Source: Mizuhopecten yessoensis (taxonomy: Eukaryota). Taken from it: a stretch of 64,000 nt of DNA. The DNA lies in assembly GCF_002113885.1 (NCBI RefSeq), contig NW_018479914.1, positions 1-64,000 on the forward strand, written 5' to 3'. The stretch's first letter is position 1. Every line of letters starts with the position of its first letter. Below the pieces are notes generated by a model, which was given only the letters and a program-made list of their open reading frames with translations, was not told the DNA's origin and searched no databases. This document shows positions 1 through 14,332 of the stretch, piece by piece. A program made the position numbers and the translations under genes.

Positions 1-2140
1 CTAATAATGTTACCATTAATGTAGTACGATATCCAGTGTGTTAATCGCTAGGATGAGGTACTAATAATGTAACCATTATTGTAGTACGATAGCCAGTGTA
101 TTAATAGCTAGGTTGAAGTACTAACAATGTTACCATTACTTTAGTACGATATCCAGTGTGTCAATAGCTAGATAACCAGTGTGTTAATGGCTGGGGGGAG
201 GGACTAACAATATTACCATTAATGTAGTACGATATCCAGTGTGCTAATAGCTAGGGTGAGGCACTAATAATTTAACCATTATTGTAGTACGATATCCAGT
301 GGGTCAATAGCTAGATATCCAGTGTGTTAATTGCCAGGGTGAGGTACTAATAACGTAACCTTTAATGTAATACGATATCTAGTGTGTTAATAGCTAGGGT
401 GAGGTACTAATAACGTAACATATCCAGTGTGTTAACAGCTAGGGTGAGGTACTAACAATGTTACCATTAATGAGGTACGATATCCAGTGTGTCAATAGCT
501 AGATAACCAGTGTGTTAATAGCTAGGGTGAAGTACTCATAACGTAACCATTAATGTCATACGATATCCAGTGTGTTATTTGCCAGGGTGAGGTACTAACA
601 ATGAAACCATTACTGTACTACGATAACCAGTGTGTTAATAGCTAGGGTGAAATACTGACAATGTAACCATTAATGTAGTACGATATCCAGTGTGTTAATA
701 GCCAGGGTGAGGTACTAACAATGAAACCATCAATTTAGTACGATATCCAGTGTGTTAATAGCCAGGGTGAGGTACTAACAATGAAACCATTATTGTTGTA
801 CGATATCCAGTGTGTTAATAACTAGGGTGAAGTACTAATAATGAAACCATTAATGTAATACGATATCCAGTGTGTTAATAGCTAGGGTGAGGTACTAACA
901 ATGTTACCATTTATGAAATACGATATCCAGTGTGTTAATAGCTAGATAACCAGTGTGTTAATAGCTAGGGTGAAGTACTAATAACGTAACCATTAATGCA
1001 ATACGATATCCAGTGTGTTAATAGCCAGGGTGAGGTACTAACAATGAAACCATTAATGTAGTACGATATCCAGTGTGTTAATAGCTAGGGTGAGGTACTA
1101 ACAATGTTACCATTACTGTAGAACGATATCCAGTGTGTAAATAGCTATGGTGAAATACTAATAACGTAACCAGTACTGTAGTACGATATCCAGTGTGTTA
1201 ATAGCTAGGGTGAGGTACTAACAATGTTACCATTAATGTAATACGATATCCAGTGTGTTAATAGCCAGGGTGAGGTGCTAACAATGAAACCATTAATGTA
1301 GTACGATATCCAGTGTGTTACTAGCTAGGGTGAGGTACTAACAATGTTACCATTACTGTAGAACGATATCCAGTGTGTTAATAGCTAGGGTGAGGTACTA
1401 ACAATGTTACCATTACTGCAGTACGATCACCAGTGTGTTAATAGCTAGAGTGAAGTACTAATAACGTAACCATTAATGTAATACGATATCCAGTGTGTTA
1501 ATAGCCAGGGTGAGGTACTAACAATGAAACCATTACTGTAGTACGATATCCAATGTGTTAATAGCTAGGGTGAGGTACTAACAATGTTACCATTACTGGA
1601 GTACGATCACCAGTGTGTTAATAGCTAGAGTGAAGTACTAATAACGTAACCATTACTGTAGTACGATATCCAGTGTGTTAATAGCTTGGGTGAGGTACTA
1701 ACAATGTTACCATTAATGTAATACGATATCCAGTGTGTTAATAGCTAGGGTGAAGTACTAATAACGTAACCATTAATGTAGTACGATATCTAGTGTGTTG
1801 ATAGCTAGGGTGAAGTACTAATAATGTAACCATTAATGTAATACGATATCCAGTGTGTTAATAGCTGGGGTGAAGTAGTAACAATGTAACCATTAATGTA
1901 ATACGATATCCAGTGTGTTAATAGCTAGGATGAAGTACTAATGTTGTAACCATTACTGTAGTACGATATCCAGTGTGTTAATAGCTAGATAACCAGTGTG
2001 TTAATAGCTAGGGTGAGGTACTAATAACGTAACCATTAATGTAATACGATATCCAGTGTGTTAATAGCTAGATAACCAGTGTGTTAATAGCTAGGGTGAA
2101 GTACTAATAATGTAACCATTAATGNCAGTGTGTTAATAGT
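1..2140. repeat. 60-bp minisatellite (~35 diverged copies), runs off the window start
   Basis: Unit gatatccagtgtgttaatagctagggtgaggtactaacaatgttaccattaatgtagtac, with occasional 23-bp internal sub-duplications; ends just past the single N at 2125. Confidence 0.95.
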
Positions 2141-2559
2141 TTGATTGAAATACTCCCAGTGTACCGTGTAACGTAAAATAACACCACCAAATGTTTAGTA
2201 CTGTTGACTTGTGTTTGACATACATTATCGTCGTTCGATAATTTTTAATATAAAATTTACTTAAATGTGTTTGCCTAACTATCTGTAAGGTCTGATACCT
2301 ACCTGAGTGATGCAGGTTAAATGGTATATTCCTTACAAATTAGCCAGAATATATAGCTCAGTAAAAAGCATTCACATATTTTTGTATATATGGAGATTTA
2401 TACTTTTAAATAAACTCACTCAATCACCATACCACTTCCCAATCACCATCTCAACCCAAATCACCAGCCAACTTCCCAAGCAACATCACATACCAAACTA
2501 TCCATCTCTCTACCCAAACTCCATATCACACCCAACGCAATATGCCACATCTTTAGCAC

Positions 2560-3078
2560 TATCACACTACCTCAGAACAATCCATCACCCTAAATCAAAA
2601 TCCCCCTTTCCAATCACAATCACAATCCTCCTCCCCGATCACCCTCCCACACCCCAATCACCCTCCCACACCCCAATCACCATTCAACACCCGAATCATC
2701 ATCCCACACTACAATAACCATACCACTCCGAAATCACTATCCCACGCCCCAATCACCATCCCCAACCCAATTCACCATTCCACACCTCAATGTTTATCCC
2801 ACATCCCAATGACCATCCCACACCCCAATGACCATCCCACATCCCAGTGACCATCCAAGTCCAAAATCACCGTCCACTCCTACATCACCACCACACACCC
2901 CAAATCACCATCATACTCCCCAATTACCGATCCACTCCTCAATCACTAGCCCACTCCCCGATCACCATCCCACTCCCCAATCACTATCCCACTCCCCAAT
3001 CACAATACCAACACTACTCACTATCCCACTCCCCAATCACACAATCACATTTCCTCTTCCACTGTCTCCCCCCCCCCC
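2560..3078. repeat. degenerate ~19-bp C-rich tandem repeat ending in poly-C at an assembly gap
   Basis: Unit approx. caccccaatcaccatccca; explains the Pro/His/Thr-rich ORFs 2307-3475. Confidence 0.85.
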
Positions 3079-3659
3079 NNNNNNNNNNNNNNNNNNNNNN
3101 NNNNNNNNNNNNNNNNNNNNNNNNNNNNNNNNNNNNNNNNNNNNNNNNNNNNNNNNNNNNNNNNNNNNNNNNNNNNNNNNNNNNNNNNNNNNNNNNNNNN
3201 NNNNNNNNNNNNNNNNNNNNNNNNNNNNNNNNNNNNNNNNNNNNNNNNNNNNNNNNNNNNNNNNNNNNNNNNNNNNNNNNNNNNNNNNNNNNNNNNNNNN
3301 NNNNNNNNNNNNNNNNNNNNNNNNNNNNNNNNNNNNNNNNNNNNNNNNNNNNNNNNNNNNNNNNNNNNNNNNNNNNNNNNNNNNNNNNNNNNNNNNNNNN
3401 NNNNNNNNNNNNNNNNNNNNNNNNNNNNNNNNNNATCTAATTTGTTCCCATACGGTCACAACCTTGTTATATTAACTGAAAATGTAATGAATGACTGAAT
3501 GGATAAGAATAGCTTCATGCATTATTACAATCCTTTCATTTAATTTTGTTCAGTCGCTCTTTGTTACTTAGGAGATGCTTGTACATTTGTATATTTTAAT
3601 TAGCGTCTACACCATAATATGGAAGCGTCACATTACTTTATTTAGATTTCCCCTTCTAG

Positions 3660-5651
3660 CGATGTATGCTTCACACATGGCAACAGGTACAGGTGTCATT
3701 CATCGTAATAGCTAATTACAATATGATTGAATTGTGGTGACGAAAATGTTTATGATTATGAACAACATAATTAGGCAATTGAAGTATAATCTGATAGCGT
3801 ATTGAATAGATAAAACATGTATTCACTAATAACGGTTAAATACAAACTCATGCTATTCAGAGATCAATCATGTTTGGCATTTTATTCAATTTAAACGTTC
3901 GATGAGAGATTGTTCGGATGGCAATAGATAACGAAACCGCCCCCTGTTGACATGGGGCTAGCCTACTTTATATTATCATTACATACAACTGTGTGTGACT
4001 ATACCCTTGATCGACCCAGGTATCCCGCCACTGCTGACACCGACAACAACACTTGTAATACAATCCCAATGTTATTACTGCTATGTATTTAGACAGTGTA
4101 CATGTTGCTAGACGTTGTAATTATTGTAATACTTTGGGGTTTTGAAAGTGTTGCTACGCCAAGGGTCGTTGCAGTCATTGTTACACGCGTGAATGCTTTT
4201 ATTGTATGTACACCTAGGGATACTGTAATTATTGCAACACCTACGAATATTGTAATTATCGTTACACATTTCAACATTGTAATTGACTTTACAACTTGGT
4301 ACATTACAATTGTTCATAAACATTATAAGCATTGTTACACGTTCGAATTTTGCTAAAATTGGGACATTATCATTATTGTTACACCTACTATCATTGAATT
4401 TACCCTAACACCTTACAAAATTGTTAGATACGTTACACTTTGGGACACTGTATAAATGTTACACCAACGACCGGAAAGATAACATCGTAATTATTGTTTC
4501 TTTTTTGTATTATCATCTATAAAAGAAAAACGAAAAGATACTTGGGCGATTCTTTACATTCATATGTTCATATGATATTGATATGATATTACTAAACTCA
4601 ATTGCATTTAATTAATTTATTATATAACAATAATGTTCCATTATTATCAAGTTCTATAACATTTAGCTATTGTCTGACAATAATTTTCATTTCGACACCA
4701 AACTCTACGACAAGAGAGACGTAATTTACGATCGTTTGTTTTCTCAGTAGTAACATTCAAGCCTCCCCAGTTTATGGAGTTAATATGTCAATTAAATCGC
4801 TTTTGCAAAGCCTGTTTCTGGTATCAAGATTGATAAATTTATAGATTATATCACGCATATGTGATATATCAGAAAAAGCTCTATCCCAAGTTCAGCACGA
4901 GGCTCTATCGAGTGCTTAACTTTAAAATATGTTTCAGAGTTTTTCCTGTCTGTATAGCCAAACAAAGGATTGAATGTATTTCCTCGTAAATGTGATAGCG
5001 CAATCAGATGTATTGGTGAACCAAAGACACCGCACCATGATCTTTGTGACAACATTGATGTAGCGACCTTGGTTACTACTGCATTAACACGAGTCTGACC
5101 TGTAAGATTTCAGTACTTACCCTCATTAAGACGTGTTCACTCTATCTAAGTTCATTAGTGACTTCCCTGTGTTTTACAGGAAAGGTCATGATAGGTGCCA
5201 CATGTGGTCTCAAAAACGCTTACTCTTCCGGACCATTTGGGTTCGGCGTACCAGTCAGGTGTATCTAATGGAACTCTCATCTGGTGAACTATTTGGAGAG
5301 ACGGCCAGATATCGCTTTAGTAACTCTTTGAAAATTCTGAACAAATTTATTAACAATGTGACAAATGACCAAAAGGAATAGCTTTACTTTGATCAACGTG
5401 TAAACCATTGCACATCCAAAGACCTAAACACGTTGAAAAGTATGTTGCATTGTTTTATTTGCCAGCTGAAGACGTGTAGGTATTTGGTCTTTCATCTACT
5501 TAGACAGACATAAACACACGGTTTCTGTACAAGCTCACACGCTGGTTGTATAAGGTACATGTATGTATAATTTGCAGGTTTCCTGGCCGATAAAGAAAAC
5601 ATTAAAAGCGTGTTCCGTCCAAAGAAAACAAAACCACAAACATACTTCTAA
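3660..5651 (+). CDS. candidate last two exons of an unidentified upstream gene (3660-3686, 5578-5651)
   Basis: Acceptor tttccccttctag, 27-nt phase 1-1 exon, donor cag|gtacag; acceptor tttgcag then ORF to TAA 5651; AATAAA at 5869. Joined peptide xMYASHMATGFLADKENIKSVFRPKKTKPQTYF*. No homology recognised. Confidence 0.3.
4060..4500. repeat. old degenerate tandem repeat (~28-30 bp)
   Basis: Recurrent attgtaattattgttacac-like motif. Confidence 0.6.
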
Positions 5652-6609
5652 TTCCCGATTTCTTTTATCTTTTTATGGGATTTATAAACGATTCTAACAA
5701 AGAGAACATTTTGTCTGCTCTCTGGTACGCGCACCTTGCCAACATGCTAACAGAGTAGCATTGACAAGGCACAACACAGGTGCAATACGTGGGTACTGCT
5801 AGCCAAAGCCGTACAGGACTTCTCATAAACTTTTTGAACGCAAAGTTAATGCACATATACAAACCTTAAATAAATTATCACAAAAGTCACCTTTTCCGTA
5901 CCTCCCACCAACCAATATACAAAAATATATATGATATCATTTTCGCACGGCATAAGGTTTGACTTTGTATAGCATGTGAATGGTTGATATCAAAAGTCAT
6001 AAAACGCTTACACCTTTTCGGGCACGCTCAATACGCCATTTATTTTACATTTAAGTCTTTGAAGATTTTGCAATCTCCAATTAATTTGTTATTTATAGAA
6101 AGAAATATACGTCCCATTTTTCTTAAATTGGTATGAATACCAAATATACATTAGTATACAGCTGTATATATAAAGGCCTAACAGCTACGACATTCATAAC
6201 CGTAACTTTCACAGTCATAAAAACAATAAGCATTTTGAAATAACCCCAAAAGAACGTCAATTTTTGTCTGCACTAGCATGCTTTGATTCATCATACGTTT
6301 GTACAGTACATAAAACGATTTGAAAGACATAGTCTGTCGTATATAAAATACATATTTTACACCTAATGAAGTATACACGTCATCATCTTGACAAAAAGAT
6401 ATCAACTGACCAATACACTAATAACTAGAAATGTGTATCATTGACATTAAATTACCAATTAGTGGTATATTATTAATTGGTTGAATGAAACACGAACGGA
6501 GTTGGCCGTGTTATTGACAGCATCATTGTGACATTATGTGTCTTCTCGTTCCGAAAGTAAATAATGTTTTATTGGTAATATAATATAACATAATGGGCGA
6601 ATACCATTC

Positions 6610-7070
6610 GGCTGGTGGCCTATCAATACTCGAGTTTTCTAATGGTGGACACTATCAGTACCCGAGGTTGGCCTGATGGTGAACTATCAGTACCCGAGGT
6701 TGGCCTGCTGGTGGACTATCAGTCCCCGAGGTTGCCCTGATGGTGGACTATCAGTCCCCGAGGGTGGCCTGATGGTGGACTATCAGTTCCAGAGGTTGGC
6801 CTGATGGTGGACTAACAGTCCCCGAGGTTGGCCTGATGGGGGACTATCAGTACCAGAGGTTGGCCTGATGGAGGACTATCAGTACCCGAGGTTGGCCTGA
6901 TGGAGGACTATCAGTCCCCGAGGTTGGCCGGATGGTGGACTATCAGTACCCGAGGTTGGCCTGATGGTGAACTATCAGTCCCCGAGGTTGGCCGGATGGT
7001 GGACTATCAGTCCCCGAGGTTGGCCTGATGGTGGACTATCACTCATCGAGGCTGGCCTGCTGGTAGACTA
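6610..7070. repeat. 32-bp GC-rich minisatellite (~14 copies)
   Basis: Unit gtggactatcagtccccgaggttggcctgatg. Confidence 0.93.
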
Positions 7071-8918
7071 TTTGTTCATAACATGGTTTTCCATTGTCTT
7101 GTAGATGAAAAATGGTCTGTCACTGCTTACATAAATAGTTATATCATAGAGTTTTATATGGTAAAGTAAGTATTTACTTTATAATATATTGTTAGTGCGT
7201 TTTATTTTTTCAACGTATGTTGTATTACTAGTGATTATGGTATAAATCTAGCGTACACGCGTGATACACAAGATAACGTCTACACACCATAACGGTGACC
7301 TTTTTTGTTGTGGTGTCAAATTTTGGCGGTATTGATTATAGGATTTTCGAGCATATTTACATAGTTGTTCGTCTTATCTGTACCCAAATAATTGTCTTGT
7401 CGGCAAAGAATTTCAGTTATACCATATAGCACAAAACCATATGTATGTTCCATTTGTGATTAATAGAACAAATAACCTGCTAACATTGTCCACTAATAGC
7501 AGGCGTACAGAACTTAACCGTACAACTTACCTTGATAAGAATATAGCATATAATACTCCGACGCAAACAATCGTTATTACTACTGTAAGAGGGAACCGTA
7601 TTTGTTTTGTGTATAGACTCTATAATGTGTGTATAGGTGTTCGTTTAACAACATGCATGTGCATGTAAATTATAAGCTACAAATTATACCTGTATCAATT
7701 GTTTTCTTTTCTCTTTTAATTTTTAACCAAATGGTTGATTGTCATTTTTATCTATTTGCAGCAATTACTATTCTAATGAAGAAAGCCCAGACGAGGTTAT
7801 GCTATTATGACCATACTATCCTTCGGACAATCATAACTGCTCAGTGTAACGTTAACTGCACATCAACATAGCTTTTTCACTACAGGGGATACATGTTTAA
7901 CTCTATCAGCAACAGATAAATAGGGATTCCCATTTGAGGTGAAATGTCATCATCGAACAACTATGTTTAGAGTTCCGATGACATACATAAATTGTTCGAT
8001 AAAAACATGTACTCTGTACCGTGTAAACTACAAATCATTTGATGTATTTTTGGGAATTGATATCATAAAATCAATACGTGAAGCAATAATTGATCACCAC
8101 GTCTGTTTGAAGTCTGTGGTGATATACGTTGAATATGATATTTGGTTTTCACCTATAATGTCATAGCTCTATCTTTTACCATAAAATACATGTAACCATG
8201 ATCCCGAAATACACTCCATTCAGACGGTTACATAAATATCCGGAAAGAATTATCTTGTTTCTGTTTGTTCAGTTTCTATTTTTTTAATTATTACAGACAA
8301 CTAGATGACAATATTCCTGACAAATATCCATTGTTTGTTTTCATTTGACGTCATAGAATAACTGTTGCTGCCAAAAGAAGACTTACCAACTGTGCAACGA
8401 TGCGTAGTATAAAAATCATTTGTGACTGATCCGTGTTCAGAAAAGACATCCTTATGGTAATTGGTCCCGGCGGTCTGTATTATATTTCCAACGAAAATGA
8501 ATTCCAATTTGACATTTTTTAATAAAGATGCAATTGCTGCCTGTCCATTGTTACAAACAGTTGTATTCCAAAGAAATGTTTTCTTTATAATGATCATTGA
8601 GCTACCGGTCTCTATAGTCGTATGTTAATACCTTTTCTCCAACACCGATGGTTATGTTTTCAAAACAATATCACTTCATAAAAATCTCTGCAAGTTGATG
8701 GTTTTGAGTGAGTTTAGACAAAATGATATTCATTAAACATATAAATACCTTTCTTATCCCTTTATTTGTACAATGTATATGTAAAAAGAAAGTGATGGGA
8801 TTATCTGCCCTTACATTCTTGTTTTGTTTCTTAAAATTGTCAACACTATTTGACGTTTAATTATCTTTGATCATTATTCTTTTTCTACTTGTTATGTTTT
8901 TTGATGTTTTTATTCCTC

Positions 8919-9019
8919 TTCGATACATGCCTTTGAGATAGATTTATTCCTGTTCGATACATGCCTTTGAGATAGATTTATTCTTGTTCGATACATGCCT
9001 TTGAGATAGATTTATTCCT
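8919..9019. repeat. 34-bp tandem triplication
   Basis: ttcgatacatgcctttgagatagatttattcctg x3. Confidence 0.9.
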
Positions 9020-10589
9020 AAAGTATAGTTAATGATATTACGTCCACAGGACATCAGTTAAATAAGGAGCTATTTATAATGGAAATTATATTACCTCAAA
9101 CTAATAGTAAAGTGATAAGAGGAAAATGTGATCAGACGGAGTATGACTGTCTAAAATAAAACTGATATTGAACGAAAGGCTGCACAAGCGTTAATGGAAC
9201 AGTTTTATATAAAATGACAAAAAGTGATACATTTTCCTTTTGATATTCGGCGGTAAAACATACCACAGCAATGGTTTATTTGAAATACATATCAAGTTTT
9301 GCCCCGTGTTTACCATAACGCTCAAAGTAAAAACATAACCTTTATGCAAACCAAGAGTCGACGGAATCAAAAGATAAATAGTAAGAACGGTTTATAGCAG
9401 CCAGCGCCCCAACGTTTAAAGCAAGTATTATATTTTTGAATAACACTAGACATGATACGTTTATCAAAGGTGTTGTTGCTACTTGTAAAAATCAGCTTTC
9501 TTCTAACTATCGACAATTGTCATCATTTGCCTTCCTATGCCATTCGGTATCAAGCATCAACCATTCTCACTAATTACGTTACAAAACTGAGTTATTGGTC
9601 GTATTGGGAAGACATAGTTACTTAATAATAATGAGTGTTATGGTATCACTTTGGTCTGCATTTATTACTTTGACATTTGAATGTATAACGTGAAAACCAA
9701 CACCAGTTGAATAATGAATTATTCTGCAGTTGTTAGATACATGTAGGGTTGCTATTGATGCACGAACTAATTTACATATATAAGACATTATGTCTCGTTT
9801 TGATATTTTTGGCAATTACTTAATGCTATATATAAATGAACTTTGCGCACGTGTGATTAGGCATTTGTTATAGACATATTTTTAAACGAATTATGGTAAA
9901 TTAAGCTTCTAATGGAATTAATAAAAAATCAAAAAATGACCGGATGATCTAATATCGGAATCATTTCACTCCAATCCTTTTATATCTGTTTTACGAAGAC
10001 AGGTTTCACATTGAAGCCAAAAGGTTTTGAGTAATGATTAATAATCGCATTTCATAGTTACACTCTCATTCTGACATGAATAATGCATTAGATAATTTTC
10101 TATAGTGACGATGCAATACTAAATTAGCAATATTGCTTTTAACCATAAAAATTGATCCGTTAATATTGGAAAATTTCTGTATTTCTACCTTGCAAACATA
10201 AATCGAATCGCTAACAGACCGTACCATGCTGAAAACCTGGCTAAAACTCGTTTTCTGTCGGCATTCTGTCGAAATCGTTTACACTGATCCACGGCTACTG
10301 TAGTGACGTCATTGAGGCAGATATAGAGAAGTAATATAGATGTGCAGCGTGAGGGAGGGTATCCTAGGAGACAACATTGTGAGTCACGGTAAGTAAGTCA
10401 GGTAATGACCAGGTAACACATAAGGTATACGGTAAGATAGATGGTGATAGAGTAGCAACCATCCACATAATAAAACACCAAATTTGTCGGTAATAGAACA
10501 ACTACATACAAAGAAAGATGTCGCGTACAGAGCGAGTACCATTAGAAGGTTGTCGTGTCGTATAGTAAAATTATCGGATATAGTTTGTA

Positions 10590-11697
10590 TGGTATAACCC
10601 AAGTACCACAGATTGTAAATGTGTGGTAAGTGTGTAAGGTATGTATGGTTAATGTGTCAGGTATAAACCACATACCAAGTATGGTAAATGTGTCAGGTAT
10701 AAACCACATACCAAGTATGGTAAATGTGTCAGGTATAAACCACATACCAAGTATAGTTAATGTGCGGTAAATGTGTAAGATACAGACCAGGTACCACGTA
10801 TGGTAAATGTGCGGTAAGTGTGTAAGGTACAGACCACATACAAAGTATGGTTAATGTGCGGTAAATGTGTAAGATACAGACGAGGTATCACATATGGTAA
10901 ATGTATGATAAGTGTGTAAGGTAAATACCAGGTACCACATATGGTAAATGTGCGGTAAGTGTGTAAGGTATAGACCAGGTACCAAAGATGATGAATGTGT
11001 GGTAAACGTGTTAGGTATAGACCGGGTACCACAGATGGTAAATGTGTAGTAAGTGTGAAAGGTATAGACCAGACACCACATATGGTAAATTTGTGGTAAA
11101 CGTGTTAGGTATAGACTAGGTACCACAGATGGTGAATGTGTGGTAAACGTGTAAGGTATAGACCAGGTACCCAAGATGATGAATGTGTGGTAAACGTGTT
11201 AGGTATAGACCGGGTACAACAGATGGTGAATGTGTTGTAAACGTGTCAGGTATAGACCGGGTACCACAGATGGTGAATGTGTGGTAAACGTGTTAGGTAT
11301 AGACCGGGTACCACAGATGGTGAATGTGTTGTAAACGTGTTAGGTATAGACCGGGTACCACAGATGGTAAATGTGTAGTAAGTGTGAAAGGTATAGAGCA
11401 GGCACCACATATGGTAAATTTGTGGTTAACGTGTTAGATATAGACCAGGTACCACAGATGGTGAATGTGTGGTAAACGTGTAAGGTATAGACCAGATACC
11501 AAAGATGATGAATGTGTGGTAAACGTGTAAGGTATAGACCAGGTACCACAGATGGTGAATGTGTGATTAACGTGTTAGATATAGACCGGGTAACACAGAT
11601 AGTGAATGTGTGGTAAACGTGTTAGGTATAGACCAGGCACCACATATGGTAAATTTGTGGTAAACGTGTCAGGTATAGACCGGGTACCACAGATGAT
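10590..11697. repeat. 47-bp minisatellite (~23 copies) with a 36-bp derived sub-array near 10640-10760
   Basis: Unit gtatagaccgggtaccacagatggtgaatgtgtggtaaacgtgttag. Confidence 0.92.
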
Positions 11698-12985
11698 AAA
11701 GAAGGTAGGTCAGTATGTCGGGTACAGAGTATATACATGTACCATAGAAAGTATATGGTTGTTTAGTTACTCGGTAATAGAGCGATATCCACAGAAATTG
11801 AACGAAGACAAGGGTTATCAGGTTTAAAGGTATTGCTCAATTGAATGTTTTTACAGAATAGTGTGATATATATGCTAACATGTGTTTATACTGATAAGTA
11901 ATATATCCTGTGTGATTAACTAAGCATGAATTCCTCCAAAGCACTTATTTTTTTTATTATTTCGATGACATAGTTACGTTTCCTTTGTAAAATAATTCAC
12001 AAACAATGCAGGTTAATATTTTCACGCACGGGTTAGCGAGTGACGTTAATGTCTTGTGTAGTTTAACGAGATCACAACCTATTTGTATGTCCGACATTAT
12101 TATCTCGCGCCAATAAATATTTGACTGGCAAAGGGCAAGCTAAGCAGTAATTATTTCGTAACTAAAAGTGTCGTTCCCGTAGGGTTTGTGTTACTGTACT
12201 TGCGGTAAATAATGTAGTTCCATATATCGTACTCTATATATCAATTTCAAATAGGACTGAAGATAAAGGCGAACGTCAAAATCTCCACCGAATATAGCAA
12301 TCGGATACCCGGGGCGAACAAGTGACTAATTTGTACAAATGCTATTTTACGTCGGTTAAATGATGTTTGGAGATATGAGACAAAGTGAGATTCACGCGAA
12401 ATCAAACCTCCCTACGTGTAGCGAGGTAAAAACTAGGCCGTTCGAGTGACACCATGTGGTAACGGTACCATGTCGTATAGCCGTGATACGCCGTCATAAA
12501 TCAATGAGAGCAGCGGACGTCAATAAGCTACACTATATATACCGTTGTACCCTGCAGCGTTCATACCCGTAATGATGATCATATTAAACCCACACCCTTA
12601 TCTAGAGTTGTGAGGCGTGTCAGTCACGCGTGGTAACATGTACGTGTAACTTGTGCTTAGCATTTGGCACCAAACTTTAAAAATAAAATCTGCCCACAAC
12701 AATCAATGAGGTGATACTAGGTAAATCATAATAAAAAAAACGCTTGTTCCGTGTGTTTCTAGACAAATGCATACAAAGTACATTGTATATACAAATATTA
12801 CCAGGACGATACTAGGCCCGCATGTGATAGTTAAACATAGCATATATTAATTTGTGCAGTTCTGTTTAGTTACTCAATATATATGCAAACTTTACCAGGA
12901 CGCAAAAGGTATCTATAACTTGGTCACAAATACATTAGTAACATTTTTTTTATAATCAAACTCGGTCATTGATATACTATTTGGA

Positions 12986-13012
<27 letters not shown>
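12986..13012. repeat. (TA)n microsatellite
   Basis: Direct reading. Confidence 0.9.
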
Positions 13013-13016
<4 letters not shown>

Positions 13017-13876
13017 CGTGTTCAGGTTTTCCATGCACTTAAATTACATACAACCTTGATGACACTAGGTATATGATGTATAAACACACATCATCACTTG
13101 TCTACTGGTTACTTAAATTACACATACATATATATAAAGTTGATATAAAACATAAACCCTATACCAAAATTGTTGCACAATGTAACTAAATATTTGAAAC
13201 AAACCTATTTTTGTGCTCTCAAATTTTAGAGCAAAACGCGAATTAGCACATGTTTAAATTTGAAAAGAGAGTCGCATCAATGAATTGACGCAACTGCAGT
13301 TTATGCAACAGAAAAACAATACACATAATAGTCGAATGTCGTCATCATTAACACAACATTTATGCGCAAACCCCGCTAAAAGAAGATTACCATTAAAAGA
13401 TATAGTTTTCAGTATGTGGTCGTGTGTATTTTGTACTTGAGATCAGGACAATGAACCTTTTAACAGGACAAATTATTTGTTTAAAATGTATTTATCAATG
13501 GTCATCCATCAGATATAATGTGTTGCGATGATCTTGTCGGATACTGCTATCAACTGCATTGGTAAGGACCTTTTACCTGATTCTGGATTCTACATATTAA
13601 TATCGTTATTGAAAGTAATTCAACATGTCCTTGAACGTGGGGATTCAGCTTATCATAGTAATACATGTCAATGTATTATAGGGTATGGGTCATCTATGTT
13701 GTCATTAATTATGACAAGATTATAGATAAATTATTTTGTACCTGGAATAAAATTACACTAAACAGTTTACCAAGAGTGTTTTGTGAAATTGTCTCTGATT
13801 GTATAGAAATTTAAGCATTTTTTTTTCTAAAGCGAATTTAAAGCTTTTAATCAGATGGTATGATCCGGTTTAAGGG

Positions 13877-14018
13877 TTATAGCTAAGGGTATTCCTAAAG
13901 GACTCCGTACATATCACTAAAGAACTATTATAAATCATATGGTATGATATAGTTATAGCTAAGCGCATTCCTAAAGGTCTCCGTACATATCACTAAAGAA
14001 CTATTATAAATCATATGG
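13877..14018. repeat. local ~65-75-bp direct duplication
   Basis: ttatagctaag..attcctaaagg.ctccgtacatatcactaaagaactattataaatcatatgg occurs twice. Confidence 0.85.
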
Positions 14019-14332
14019 AAAATTATATTCAATTTATTTCCAACAAATGTCAGATAGGTGAAATCACCCCAGTCATCCACAAATCAATTCCAGCACACGC
14101 TGGGTACAGCTCTAAATAGACCCAGTCGTTCTGTCGGCTCTTGTTGGTAACAGTAGGTATAAACAGTAATAGCGTTTATGTTCAGTAATAGTTTTATAAA
14201 ACTGTGTCATGAATTTGTAATGAAATGATGAAATAGATTCTTTCATTTACGTGTCTATTTACGGGGCTCTGCTGGACAGAACGTTTTGTGTGATCACATA
14301 AATCTGTGTCGATGTAGTACGATGTGGTAGTG

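Noticed and set aside
2307-3475. Extensin-like Pro/His-rich ORFs
   Set aside because: Translation of a C-rich repeat and an N gap.
7531-8474. Phosphatidylserine synthase 1-like N-terminus (DFY..H..T....TIV...Y..F)
   Set aside because: The resemblance is short and no downstream GPFTRPHP-type exon was found; no name assigned.
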